Source: Auanema rhodensis
Taxonomy: Eukaryota > Animalia > Nematoda
Direction of reading: 5' to 3'
Length of the DNA stretch: 64,000 nucleotides
NCBI GenBank assembly: GCA_964057225.1
Contig: OZ059900.1
Location: forward strand, 992,001-1,056,000
Position numbers and translations under genes: made by a program. Positions 41,201-56,622 of the stretch are shown here, one piece after another (within the stretch, counting starts at the first letter, position 1; every line of letters starts with the position of its first letter). The notes under the pieces were generated by a model. The model ran no database searches. It was not told the origin of the DNA and was given only the letters and a program-made list of their open reading frames with translations.

Positions 41201-43070
41201 AATACTGAATTTCACTCAAATAGCATTACTACACTAAGTATGGTCGTTTTTATGCCTTTAACACCATATACTCACCGATTTTTGGTACAAAATCTGTGAT
41301 ACTCGTAAATTTTGATCATATTCGTTAAGATTTGAGAATCAAACATACAATACACAAAATCAGTCTATTTTTATGAGCTTGCACTGATATATATTCATTT
41401 TGATCAAAAAAGGTCGAAAATAGAAAGAATTTTTGAAATTTACGAGTTTTGAGTCTAATTTGGCTAAATCGCTCATATATATGATCAGAAGCATAGTTTT
41501 ATTGTCTATGACAACAAAAGTCATTAATTAAACGCTAGTGATGTTTAAATACTGATTTTCGCTCAAATAGCATTACTACACTAAGTATGGTCGTTTTTAT
41601 GTCTTTAACACCATATACTCACCGATTTTTGGTACAAAATCTGTAATACTTGTAAATTTTGATCATATTCGTTAAGATTCGAGAATCAAACACATAATAC
41701 ACGAAATAAGTCTATTTTTACAAGTTTGCACTGATATTTATTCATTTTGATCAAAAAAGATCGAAAATAGAAAGAATTTTTGAAATTTCCGAGTTTTGAG
41801 TCCAATTTGGCTAAATCGCTCATATATATGATCAAAAGCATAGTTTTATTGTCTATAACAACAAAAGTCATCAATTAAACGCTAGTGATGTTTAAATACT
41901 GAATTTCACTCAAATAGCATTACTACACTAAGTATGGTCGTTTTTATGCCTTTAACACCATATACTCACCGATTTTTGGTACAAAATCTGTGATACTCGT
42001 AAATTTTGATCATATTTGGTGAGATTCGAGAATCAAACACACAATACACGAAATAAGTTTATTTTTACGAGTTTGCACTGATATTTATTCATTTTGATCA
42101 AAAAAGGTCGAAAATAGAAAGAATTTTTGAAATTTCCGAGTTTTGAGTCTAATTTGGCTAAATCGCTCATATATATGATCAAAAGCATAGTTTTATTGTC
42201 TATGACAACAAAAGTCATCAATTAAACGCTAGTGATGTTTAAATACTGAATTTCGCTCAAATAGCATTACTACACTAAGTATGGTCGTTTTTATGCCTTT
42301 AACACCATATACTCACCGATTTTTGGTACAAAATCTGTAATACTCGTAAATTTTGATCATATTCGTTAAGATTTGAGAATCAAACATACAATACACAAAA
42401 TCAGTCTATTTTTATGAGCTTGCACTGATATATATTCATTTTGATCAAAAAAGGTCGAAAATAGAAAGAATTTTTGAAATTTACGAGTTTTGAGTCTAAT
42501 TTGGCTAAATCGCTCATATATATGATCAGAAGCATAGTTTTATTGTCTATGACAACAAAAGTCATTAATTAAACACTAATGATGTTTAAATCACTAAATT
42601 TCGCTCAAATAGCATTACTACACTAAGTATGGTCGTTTTTATGCCTTTAACACCATATACTCACCGATTTTTGGTACAAAATCTGTAATACTTGTAAATT
42701 TTGATCATATTCGTTAAGATTCGAGAATCAAACACATAATACACGAAATAAGTCTATTTTTATGAGTTTGCACTGATATTTATTCATTTTGATCAAAAAA
42801 GGTCGAAAATAGAAAGAATTTTTGAATTTTCCGAGTTTTGAGTCCAATTGGGCTAAATCGCTCATATATATGATCAAAAGCATAGTTTTACTGTCTATGA
42901 TAACAAAAGTCTTCAAATATACACTAATAATGTGTAAATCACTGAATTTCACTCAAATAGCTTTACTACACTAAGTATGGTCGTTTTTATGCCTTTAACA
43001 CCATATACTCACCGATTTTTGGTACAAAATCTGTAATACTCGTAGATTTTGATCATATTCGTTAAGATTT
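38209..43070. repeat. 7-monomer HOR, 2 copies (partial third to ~43760), period 2431 bp
   Basis: GGTAAAAAATC at 38159/40590, CATTTCGATC at 38271/40702, ATATTTGGTG at 39581/42012. ORF pairs 38561/40992, 39255/41686, 39602/42033, 40297/42728. Confidence 0.95.
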
Positions 43071-43764
43071 GAGAATCAAACATACAATACACAAAATCAG
43101 TCTATTTTTATGAGCTTGCACTGATATATATTCATTTTGATCAAAAAAGGTCGAAAAGAGAAAGAATTTTTGAAATTTCCGAGTTTTGAGTCTAATTTGG
43201 CTAAATCGCTCATATATATGATCAGAAGCATAGTTTTATTGTCTATGACAACAAAAATCATCAATTAAACGCTAGTGATGTTTAAATACTGATTTTCGCT
43301 CAAATAGCATTACTACACTAAGTATGGTCGTTTTTATGCCTTTAACACCATATACTCACCGATTTTTGGTACAAAATCTGTAATACTTGTAAATTTTGAT
43401 CATATTCGTTAAGATTCGAGAATCAAACACATAATACACGAAATAAGTCTATTTTTACAAGTTTGCACTGATATTTATTCATTTTGATCAAAAAAGATCG
43501 AAAATAGAAAGAATTTTTGAAATTTCCGAGTTTTGAGTCCAATTTGGCTAAATCGCTCATATATATGATCAAAAGCATAATTTTATTGTCTATAACAACA
43601 AAAGTCATCAATTAAACGCTAGTGATGTTTAAATACTGAATTTCGCTCAAATAGCATTACTACACTAAGTATGGTCGTTTTTATGCCTTTAACACCATAT
43701 ACTCACCGATTTTTGGTACAAAATCTGTAATACTCGTAAATTTTGATCATATTCGTTAAGATTC

Positions 43765-45850
43765 GAAAATCAAACACACAATACACGAAATCAGTCCATT
43801 TTTATGAGCTTGCACTGATATATATTCATTTTGATCAAAAAAGGTCGAAAATAGAAAGATTTTTTGAAATTTCCGAGTTTTGAGTCTAATTTGGCTAAAT
43901 CGCTCATATATATGATCAGAAGCATAGATGTATTGTATATGACAACAAAAGTCATTGATTGAACACTAATGATGTTTAAATCACTGAATTTCGCTCAAAT
44001 AGCATTACTACACTAAGGATGGTCGTTTTTATGCCTTTAACACCATATACTCACCGATTTTTGGTACAAAATCTGTGATACTCGTAAATTTTGATCATTT
44101 CCGTTAAGATTCAAGAATCAAACACACAATACACGAAATAAGTTCATTTTTACAAGTTTGCACTGATATTTATTCATTTTGATCAAAAAAGGTCGAAAAT
44201 AGAAAGAATTTTTGAAATTTACGAGTTTTGAGTCTAATTTGGCTAAATCGCTCATATATATGATCAGAAGCATAGTTTTATTGTCTATGACAACAAAAAT
44301 CATTAATTAAACACTAATGATGTTTAAATACTGATTTTCGCTCAAATAGCATTACTACACTAAGTATGGTCGTTTTTATACCTTCAACACCATATACTCA
44401 CCGATTTTTGGTACAAAATCTGTGATACTCGTAATTTTCGATCATATTCGTTAAGATTCGAGAATCAAACACACAATACACGAAATGAGTTTATTTTCAC
44501 GAGTTTGCACTGATATTTATTCATTTTGATCAAAAAAGGTCGAAAATAGAAAGAATTTTTGAATTTTCCGAGTTTTGAGTCTAATTTGGCTAAATCGCTC
44601 ATATATATGATCAGAAGCATAGTTTTATCGTCTATGACAACAAAAGTCATTAATTAAACACTAATAATGTTTAAATCACTAAATTTCGCTCAAATAGCAT
44701 TACTACACTAAGTATGGTCGTTTTTATACCTTCAACACCATATACTCACCGATTTTTGGTACAAAATCTGTAATACTTGTAAATTTCGATCATATTCGTT
44801 AAGATTTGAGAATCAAACACATAATACACGAAATAAGTCTATTTTTACAAGTTTGCACTGATATTTATTCATTTTGATTAAAAAAGGTCGAAAAGAGAAA
44901 GAATTTTTGAAATTTCCGAGTTTTGAGTCTAATTTGGCTAAATCGCTCATATATATGATCAGAAGCATAGATGTATTGTCTATGACAACAAAAGTCATTG
45001 ATTGAACACTAATGATGTTTAAATCACTGAATTTCGCTCAAATAGCATTACTACACTAAGGATGGTCGTTTTTATGCCTTTAACACCATATACTCACCGA
45101 TTTTTGGTACAAAATCTGTGATACTCGTAAATTTTGATCATTTCCGTTAAGATTCAAGAATCAAACACACAATACACGAAATAAGTTCATTTTTACAAGT
45201 TTGCACTGATATTTATTCATTTTGATCAAAAAAGGTCGAAAATAGAAAGAATTTTTGAAATTTACGAGTTTTGAGTCTAATTTGGCTAAATCGCTCATAT
45301 ATATGATCAGAAGCATAGTTTTATTGTCTATGACAACAAAAGTCATCAATTAAACACTAATGATGTTTAAATACTGATTTTCGCTCAAATAGCATTACTA
45401 CACTAAGTATGGTCGTTTTTATACCTTCAACACCATATACTCACCGATTTTTGGTACAAAATCTGTGATACTCGTAAATTTCGATCATATTCGTTAAGAT
45501 TTGAGAATCAAACACACAATACACGAAATGAGTTTATTTTCACGAGTTTGCACTGATATTTATTCATTTTGATCAAAAAAGGTCGAAAATAGAAAGAATT
45601 TTTGAATTTTCCGAGTTTTGAGTCCAATTGGGCTAAATCGCTCATATATATGATCAAAAGCATAGTTTTACTGTCTATGATAACAAAAGTCTTCAAATAT
45701 ACACCAGTAATGATTAAATCACTGAATTTCACTCAAATAGCATTACTACACTAAGTATGGTCGTTTTTATGCCTTTAACACCATATACTCACCGATTTTT
45801 GGTACAAAATCTGTAATACTTGTAAATTTTGATCATATTCGTTAAGATTT
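43765..45850. repeat. Imperfect 3-monomer duplication, period 1043 bp
   Basis: CATTTCCG at 44096/45139 and GTCATTGATTG at 43951/44994. ORFs 44118/45161 are near-identical and 44465/45508 share the left half. Confidence 0.8.
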
Positions 45851-48800
45851 GAGAATCAAACATACAATACACAAAATCAGTCTATTTTTATGAGCTTGCA
45901 CTGATATATATTCATTTTGATCAAAAAAGGTCGAAAATAGAAAGATTTTTTGAAATTTCCGAGTTTTGAGTCTAATTTGGCTAAATCGCTCATATATATG
46001 ATCAGAAGCATAGTTTTATTGTGTATGACAACAAAAGTCATCAATTAAACGCTAGTGATGTTTAAATACTGATTTTCGCTCAAATAGCATTACTACACTA
46101 AGTATGGTCGTTTTTATGCCTTTAACACCATATACTCACCGATTTTTGGTACAAAATCTGTAATACTCGTAAATTTTGATCATATTCGTTAAGATTTGAG
46201 AATCAAACATACAATACACGAAATCAGTCTATTTTTATGAGCTTGCACTGATATATATTCATTTTGATCAAAAAAGGTCGAAAATAGAAAGAATTTTTGA
46301 AATTTACGAGTTTTGAGTCTAATTTGGCTAAATCGCTCATATATATGATCAGAAGCATAGTTTTATCGTCTATGACAACAAAAGTCATTAATTAAACACT
46401 AATAATGTTTAAATCACTAAATTTCGCTCAAATAGCATTACTACACTAAGTATGGTCGTTTTTATGCCTTTAACACCATATACTCACCGATTTTTGGTAC
46501 AAAATCTGTAATACTTGTAAATTTTGATCATATTCGTTAAGATTCGAGAATCAAACACATAATACACGAAATAAGTCTATTTTTATGAGTTTGCACTGAT
46601 ATTTATTCATTTTGATCAAAAAAGGTCGAAAATAGAAAGAATTTTTGAAATTTCCGAGTTTTGAGTCTAATTTGGCTAAATCGCTCATATATATGATCAG
46701 AAGCATAGTTTTATTGTCTATGACAACAAAAATCATCAATTAAACGCTAGTGATGTTTAAATACTGATTTTCGCTCAAATAGCATTACTACACTAAGTAT
46801 GGTCGTTTTTATGCCTTTAACACCATATACTCACCGATTTTTGGTACAAAATCTGTAATACTTGTAAATTTTGATCATATTCGTTAAGATTTGAGAATCA
46901 AACATACAATACACAAAATCAGTCTATTTTTATGAGCTTGCACTGATATATATTCATTTTGATCAAAAAAGGTCGAAAATAGAAAGAATTTTTGAAATTT
47001 CCGAGTTTTGAGTCTAATTTGGCTAAATCGCTCATATATATGATCAGAAGCATAGTTTCATTGTCTATGACAACAAAAATCATCAATTAAACGCTAGTGA
47101 TGTTTAAATACTGATTTTCGCTCAAATAGCATTACTACACTAAGTATGGTCGTTTTTATGCCTTTAACACCATATACTCACCGATTTTTGGTACAAAATC
47201 TGTGATACTCGTAAATTTTGATCATATTCGGTGAGATTCGAGAATCAAACACTCAATACACGAAATAAGTTTATTTTGACGAGTTTGCACTGATATTTAT
47301 TCATTTTGATCAAAAAAGATCGAAAACAGAAAGAATTTTTGAAATTTCCGAGTTTTGAGTCCAATTTGGCTAAATCGCTCATATATATGATCAAAAGCAT
47401 AGTTTTATTGTCTATAACAACAAAAGTCATCAATTAAACGCTAGTGATGTTTTAATACTGAATTTCGCTCAAATAGCATTACTACACTAAGTATGGTCGT
47501 TTTTATGCCTTTAACACCATATACTCACCGATTTTTGGTACAAAATCTGTGATACTCGTAAATTTTGATCATATTCGGTGAGATTCGAGAATCAAACACA
47601 CAATACACGAAATAAGTTCATTTTGACGAGTTTGCACTGATATTTATTCATTTTGATCAAAAAAGGTCGAAAATAGAAAGAATTTTTGAAATTTACAAGT
47701 TTTGAGTCTAATTTGGCTAAATCGCTCATATATATGATCAGAAGCATAGTTTTATTGTCTATGACAACAAAAGTCATTAATTAAACACTAATGATGTTTA
47801 AATACTGATTTTCGCTCAAATAGCATTACTACACTAAGTATGGTCGTTTTTATACCTTCAACACCATATACTCACCGATTTTTGGTACAAAATCTGTGAT
47901 ACTCGTAAATTTCGATCATATTCGTTAAGATTTGAGAATCAAACACACAATACACGAAATGAGTTTATTTTCACGAGTTTGCACTGATATTTATTCATTT
48001 TGATCAAAAAAGGTCGAAAATAGAAAGAATTTTTGAATTTTCCGAGTTTTGAGTCCAATTGGGCTAAATCGCTCATATATATGATCAAAAGCATAGTTTT
48101 ACTGTCTATGATGACAAAAGTCTTCAAATATACACCAGTAATGATTAAATCACTGAATTTCACTCAAATAGCATTACTACACTAAGTATGGTCGTTTTTA
48201 TGCCTTTAACACCATATACTCACCGATTTTTGGTACAAAATCTGTAATACTTGTAAATTTTGATCATATTCGTTAAGATTTGAGAATCAAACATACAATA
48301 CACAAAATCAGTCAATTTTTATGAGCTTGCACTGATATATATTCATTTTGATCAAAAAAGGTCGAAAATAGAAAGAATTTTTGAAATTTCCGAGTTTTGA
48401 GTCTAATTTGGCTAAATCGCTCATATATATGATCAGAAGCATAGTTTTATTGTGTATGACAACAAAAGTCATCAATTAAACGCTAGTGATGTTTAAATAC
48501 TGATTTTCGCTCAAATAGCATTACTACACTAAGTATGGTCGTTTTTATGCCTTTAACACCATATACTCACCGATTTTTGGTACAAAATCTGTAATACTCG
48601 TAAATTTTGATCATATTCGTTAAGATTTGAGAATCAAACATACAATACACGAAATCAGTCTATTTTTATGAGCTTGCACTGATATATATTCATTTTGATC
48701 AAAAAAGGTCGAAAATAGAAAGAATTTTTGAAATTTACGAGTTTTGAGTCTAATTTGGCTAAATCGCTCATATATATGATCAGAAGCATAGTTTTATCGT

Positions 48801-51800
48801 CTATGACAACAAAAGTCATTAATTAAACACTAATAATGTTTAAATCACTAAATTTCGCTCAAATAGCATTACTACACTAAGTATGGTCGTTTTTATGCCT
48901 TTAACACCATATACTCACCGATTTTTGGTACAAAATCTGTAATACTTGTAAATTTTGATCATATTCGTTAAGATTCGAGAATCAAACACATAATACACGA
49001 AATAAGTCTATTTTTATGAGTTTGCACTGATATTTATTCATTTTGATCAAAAAAGGTCGAAAATAGAAAGAATTTTTGAAATTTCCGAGTTTTGAGTCTA
49101 ATTTGGCTAAATCGCTCATATATATGATCAGAAGCATAGTTTTATTGTCTATGACAACAAAAATCATCAATTAAACGCTAGTGATGTTTAAATACTGATT
49201 TTCGCTCAAATAGCATTACTACACTAAGTATGGTCGTTTTTATGCCTTTAACACCATATACTCACCGATTTTTGGTACAAAATCTGTAATACTTGTAAAT
49301 TTTGATCATATTCGTTAAGATTTGAGAATCAAACATACAATACACAAAATCAGTCAATTTTTATGAGCTTGCACTGATATATATTCATTTTGATCAAAAA
49401 AGGTCGAAAATAGAAAGAATTTTTGAAATTTCCGAGTTTTGAGTCTAATTTGGCTAAATCGCTCATATATATGATCAGAAGCATAGTTTCATTGTCTATG
49501 ACAACAAAAATCATCAATTAAACGCTAGTGATGTTTAAATACTGATTTTCGCTCAAATAGCATTACTACACTAAGTATGGTCGTTTTTATGCCTTTAACA
49601 CCATATACTCACCGATTTTTGGTACAAAATCTGTGATACTCGTAAATTTTGATCATATTCGGTGAGATTCGAGAATCAAACACTCAATACACGAAATAAG
49701 TTTATTTTGACGAGTTTGCACTGATATTTATTCATTTTGATCAAAAAAGATCGAAAACAGAAAGAATTTTTGAAATTTCCGAGTTTTGAGTCCAATTTGG
49801 CTAAATCGCTCATATATATGATCAAAAGCATAGTTTTATTGTCTATAACAACAAAAGTCATCAATTAAACGCTAGTGATGTTTTAATACTGAATTTCGCT
49901 CAAATAGCATTACTACACTAAGTATGGTCGTTTTTATGCCTTTAACACCATATACTCACCGATTTTTGGTACAAAATCTGTGATACTCGTAAATTTTGAT
50001 CATATTCGGTGAGATTCGAGAATCAAACACACAATACACGAAATAAGTTCATTTTGACGAGTTTGCACTGATATTTATTCATTTTGATCAAAAAAGGTCG
50101 AAAATAGAAAGATTTTTTGAAATTTCCGAGTTTTGAGTCTAATTTGGCTAAATCGCTCATATATATGATCAGAAGCATAGTTTTATTGTCTATAACAACA
50201 AAAGTCATTAATTAAACGCTAGTGATGTTTTAAAACTGAATTTCGCTCAAATAGCATTACTACACTAAGTATGGTCGTTTTTATGCCTTTAACACCATAT
50301 ACTCACCGATTTTTGGTACAAAATCTGTGATACTCGTAAATTTTGATCATTTCCGTTAAGATTCAAGAATCAAACACACAATACACGAAATAAGTTCATT
50401 TTTACAAGTTTGCACTGATATTTATTCATTTTGATCAAAAAAGGTCGAAAATAGAAAGAATTTTTGAAATTTACAAGTTTTGAGTCTAATTTGGCTAAAT
50501 CGCTCATATATATGATCAGAAGCATAGTTTTATTGTCTATGACAACAAAAGTCATTAATTAAACACTAATGATGTTTAAATACTGATTTTCGCTCAAATA
50601 GCATTACTACACTAAGTATGGTCGTTTTTATACCTTCAACACCATATACTCACCGATTTTTGGTACAAAATCTGTGATACTCGTAAATTTCGATCATATT
50701 CGTTAAGATTTGAGAATCAAACACACAATACACGAAATGAGTTTATTTTCACGAGTTTGCACTGATATTTATTCATTTTGATCAAAAAAGGTCGAAAATA
50801 GAAAGAATTTTTGAATTTTCCGAGTTTTGAGTCCAATTGGGCTAAATCGCTCATATATATGATCAAAAGCATAGTTTTACTGTCTATGATGACAAAAGTC
50901 TTCAAATATACACCAGTAATGATTAAATCACTGAATTTCACTCAAATAGCATTACTACACTAAGTATGGTCGTTTTTATGCCTTTAACACCATATACTCA
51001 CCGATTTTTGGTACAAAATCTGTAATACTTGTAAATTTTGATCATATTCGTTAAGATTTGAGAATCAAACATACAATACACAAAATCAGTCAATTTTTAT
51101 GAGCTTGCACTGATATATATTCATTTTGATCAAAAAAGGTCGAAAATAGAAAGAATTTTTGAAATTTCCGAGTTTTGAGTCTAATTTGGCTAAATCGCTC
51201 ATATATATGATCAGAAGCATAGTTTTATTGTGTATGACAACAAAAGTCATCAATTAAACGCTAGTGATGTTTAAATACTGATTTTCGCTCAAATAGCATT
51301 ACTACACTAAGTATGGTCGTTTTTATGCCTTTAACACCATATACTCACCGATTTTTGGTACAAAATCTGTAATACTCGTAAATTTTGATCATATTCGTTA
51401 AGATTTGAGAATCAAACATACAATACACGAAATCAGTCTATTTTTATGAGCTTGCACTGATATATATTCATTTTGATCAAAAAAGGTCGAAAATAGAAAG
51501 AATTTTTGAAATTTACGAGTTTTGAGTCTAATTTGGCTAAATCGCTCATATATATGATCAGAAGCATAGTTTTATCGTCTATGACAACAAAAGTCATTAA
51601 TTAAACACTAATAATGTTTAAATCACTAAATTTCGCTCAAATAGCATTACTACACTAAGTATGGTCGTTTTTATGCCTTTAACACCATATACTCACCGAT
51701 TTTTGGTACAAAATCTGTAATACTTGTAAATTTTGATCATATTCGTTAAGATTCGAGAATCAAACACATAATACACGAAATAAGTCTATTTTTATGAGTT

Positions 51801-52796
51801 TGCACTGATATTTATTCATTTTGATCAAAAAAGGTCGAAAATAGAAAGAATTTTTGAAATTTCCGAGTTTTGAGTCTAATTTGGCTAAATCGCTCATATA
51901 TATGATCAGAAGCATAGTTTTATTGTCTATGACAACAAAAATCATCAATTAAACGCTAGTGATGTTTAAATACTGATTTTCGCTCAAATAGCATTACTAC
52001 ACTAAGTATGGTCGTTTTTATGCCTTTAACACCATATACTCACCGATTTTTGGTACAAAATCTGTAATACTTGTAAATTTTGATCATATTCGTTAAGATT
52101 TGAGAATCAAACATACAATACACAAAATCAGTCTATTTTTATGAGCTTGCACTGATATATATTCATTTTGATCAAAACAGGTCGAAAATAGAAAGAATTT
52201 TTGAAATTTCCGAGTTTTGAGTCTAATTTGGCTAAATCGCTCATATATATGATCAGAAGCATAGTTTCATTGTCTATGACAACAAAAATCATCAATTAAA
52301 CGCTAGTGATGTTTAAATACTGATTTTCGCTCAAATAGCATTACTACACTAAGTATGGTCGTTTTTATGCCTTTAACACCATATACTCACCGATTTTTGG
52401 TACAAAATCTGTGATACTCGTAAATTTTGATCATATTCGGTGAGATTCGAGAATCAAACACTCAATACACGAAATAAGTTTATTTTGACGAGTTTGCACT
52501 GATATTTATTCATTTTGATCAAAAAAGGTCGAAAATAGAAAGATTTTTTGAAATTTCCGAGTTTTGAGTCTAATTTGGCTAAATCGCTCATATATATGAT
52601 CAGAAGCATAGATGTATTGTCTATGACAACAAAAGTCATTAATTGAACACTAATGATGTTTAAGTCACTGAATTTCGCTCAAATAGCATTACTACACTAA
52701 GGATGGTCGTTTTTATGCCTTTAACACCATATACTCACCGATTTTTGGTACAAAATCTGTGATACTCGTAAATTTTGATCATATTCGTTAAGATTC
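45503..52796. repeat. 7/8-monomer HOR, ~3 copies, periods 2431 then 2778 bp
   Basis: Private GTTTCATTG at 47055, 49486, 52264. ORFs 45508/47939/50717 are identical, as are 46551/48982/51760 and 47245/49676 (CGAAAACAG). Confidence 0.93.
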
Positions 52797-55234
52797 AAGA
52801 ATAAAACACACAATACACGAAATAAGTTCATTTTTACAAGTTTGCACTGATATTTATTCATTTTGATCAAAAAAGGTCGAAAATAGAAAGAATTTTTGAA
52901 TTTTCCGAGTTTTGAGTCCAATTGGGCTAAATCGCTCATATATATGATCAAAAGCATAGTTTTACTGTCTATGATAACAAAAGTCTTCAAATATACACTA
53001 GTAATGATTAAATCACTGAATTTCACTCAAATAGCATTACTACACTAAGTATGGTCGTTTTTATGCCTTTAACACCATATACTCACCGATTTTTGGTACA
53101 AAATCTGTAATACTTGTAAATTTCGATCATATTCGTTAAGATTTGAGAATCAAACACATAATACACGAAATAAGTCTATTTTTACAAGTTTGCACTGATA
53201 TTTATTCATTTTGATCAAAAAAGGTCGAAAATAGAAAGAATTTTTGAAATTTCCGAGTTTTGAGTCTAATTTGGCTAAATCGCTCATATATATGATCAGA
53301 AGCATAGTTTTATTGTCTATGACAACAAAAGTCTTCAAATATACACTAGTAATGATTAAATCACTGAATTTCACTCAAATAGCATTACTACACTAAGTAT
53401 GGTCGTTTTTATGCCTTTAACACCATATACTCACCGATTTTTGGTACAAAATCTGTGATACTCGTAAATTTTGATCATATTCGTTAAGATTTGAGAATCA
53501 AACATACAATACACGAAATCAGTCTATTTTTATGAGCTTGCACTGATATATATTCATTTTGATCAAAAAAGGTCGAAAATAGAAAGAATTTTTGAAATTT
53601 CCGAGTTTTGAGTCTAATTTGGCTAAATCGCTCATATATATGATCAGAAGCATAGTTTTATTGTCTATGACAACAAAAATCATCAATTAAACGCTAGTGA
53701 TGTTTAAATACTGATTTTCGCTCAAATAGCATTACTACACTAAGTATGGTCGTTTTTATGCCTTTAACACCATATACTCACCGATTTTTGGTACAAAATC
53801 TGTAATACTTGTAAATTTTGATCATATTCGTTAAGATTTGAGAATCAAACATACAATACACAAAATCAGTCTATTTTTATGAGCTTGCACTGATATATAA
53901 TATATTCATTTTGATCAAAAAAGGTCGAAAATAGAAAGAATTTTTGAAATTTCCGAGTTTTGAGTCTAATTTGGCTAAATCGCTCATATATATGATCAGA
54001 AGCATAGTTTTATTGTCTATGACAACAAAAATCATCAATTAAACGCTAGTGATGTTTAAATACTGATTTTCGCTCAAATAGCATTACTACACTAAGTATG
54101 GTCGTTTTTATGCCTTTAACACCATATACTCACCGATTTTTGGTACAAAATCTGTGATACTCGTAAATTTTGATCATATTCGTTAAGATTCGAGTATCAA
54201 ACAAACATTACACAAAATCAGTCTATTTTTATGAGCTTGCACTGATATATATTCATTTTGATCAAAAAAGGTCGAAAATAGAAAGAATTTTTGAAATTTA
54301 CGAGTTTTGAGTCTAATTTGGCTAAATCGCTCATATATATGATCAGAAGCATAGTTTTATTGTCTATGACAACAAAAGTCATTAATTAAACACTAATAAT
54401 GTTTAAATCACTAAATTTCGCTCAAATAGCATTACTACACTAAGTATGGTCGTTTTTATACCTTCAACACCATATACTCACCGATTTTTGGTACAAAATC
54501 TGTGATACTCGTAAATTTCGATCATATTCGTTAAGATTCGAGAATCAAACACACAATACACGAAATGAGTTTATTTTCACGAGTTTGCACTGATATTTAT
54601 TCATTTTGATCAAAAAAGGTCGAAAATAGAAAGAATTTTTGAATTTTCCGAGTTTTGAGTCCAATTGGGCTAAATCGCTCATATATATGATCAAAAGCAT
54701 AGTTTTACTGTCTATGATAACAAAAGTCTTCAAATATACACTAGTAATGATTAAATCACTGAATTTCACTCAAATAGCATTACTACACTAAGTATGGTCG
54801 TTTTTATGCCTTTAACACCATATACTCACCGATTTTTGGTACAAAATCTGTAATACTTGTAAATTTTGATCATATTCGTTAAGATTTGAGAATCAAACAT
54901 ACAATACACAAAATCAGTCTATTTTTATGAGCTTGCACTGATATATATTCGTTTTGATCAAAAAAGGTCGAAAATAGAAAGAATTTTTGAAATTTCCGAG
55001 TTTTGAGTCTAATTTGGCTAAATCGCTCATATATATGATCAGAAGCATAGTTTTATTGTCTATGACAACAAAAATCATCAATTAAACGCTAGTGATGTTT
55101 AAATACTGATTTTCGCTCAAATAGCATTACTACACTAAGTATGGTCGTTTTTATGCCTTTAACACCATATACTCACCGATTTTTGGTACAAAATCTGTAA
55201 TACTTGTAAATTTTGATCATATTCGTTAAGATTC

Positions 55235-56622
55235 GAGAATCAAACACATAATACACGAAATAAGTCTATTTTTACAAGTTTGCACTGATATTTATTCATT
55301 TTGAACAAAAAAGATCGAAAATAGAAAGAATTTTTGAAATTTCCGAGTTTTGAGTCCAATTTGGCTAAATCGCTCATATATATGATCAAAAGCATAGTTT
55401 TATTGTCTATAACAACAAAAGTCATCAATTAAACGCTAGTGATGTTTTAATACTGAATTTCGCTCAAATAGCATTACTACACTAAGTATGGTCGTTTTTA
55501 TGCCTTTAACACCATATACTCACCGATTTTTGGTACAAAATCTGTAATACTTGTAAATTTTGATCATATTCGTTAAGATTCGAGAATCAAACACATAATA
55601 CACGAAATAAGTTTATTTTGACGAGTTTGCACTGATATTTATTCATTTTGATCAAAAAAGGTCGAAAATAGAAAGATTTTTTGAAATTTCCGAGTTTTGA
55701 GTCTAATTTGGCTAAATCGCTCATATATATGATCAGAAGCATAGTTTTATTGTCTATGACAACAAAAATCATCAATTAAACGCTAGTGATGTTTAAATAC
55801 TGATTTTCGCTCAAATAGCATTACTACACTAAGTATGGTCGTTTTTATGCCTTTAACACCATATACTCACCGATTTTTGGTACAAAATCTGTAATACTTG
55901 TAAATTTTGATCATATTCGTTAAGATTCGAGAATCAAACACATAATACACGAAATAAGTCTATTTTTACAAGTTTGCACTGATATTTATTCATTTTGAAC
56001 AAAAAAGATCGAAAATAGAAAGAATTTTTGAAATTTCCGAGTTTTGAGTCCAATTTGGCTAAATCGCTCATATATATGATCAGAAGCATAGTTTTATTGT
56101 CTATAACAACAAAAGTCATCAATTAAACGCTAGTGATGTTTTAATACTGAATTTCGCTCAAATAGCATTACTACACTAAGTATGGTCGTTTTTATGCCTT
56201 TAACACCATATACTCACCGATTTTTGGTACAAAATCTGTAATACTTGTAAATTTTGATCATATTCGTTAAGATTCGAGAATCAAACACATAATACACGAA
56301 ATAAGTCTATTTTTACAAGTTTGCACTGATATTTATTCATTTTGAACAAAAAAGATCGAAAATAGAAAGAATTTTTGAAATTTCCGAGTTTTGAGTCCAA
56401 TTTGGCTAAATCGCTCATATATATGATCAAAAGCATAGTTTTATTGTCTATAACAACAAAAGTCATCAATTAAACGCTAGTGATGTTTTAATACTGAATT
56501 TCGCTCAAATAGCATTACTACACTAAGTATGGTCGTTTTTATGCCTTTAACACCATATACTCACCGATTTTTGGTACAAAATCTGTGATACTCGTAAATT
56601 TTGATCATATTCGGTGAGATTC
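55235..56622. repeat. Local 2-monomer plus 1-monomer duplication
   Basis: Private TTGAACAAAAAAG at 55301, 55995 (+694) and 56342 (+347). Confidence 0.88.

Noticed and set aside
52721-53026. Longest ORF (101 aa)
   Set aside because: It arises from a single substitution (AATCAAAC>AATAAAAC at ~52803) that removes the usual stop, giving read-through into the adjacent monomer.
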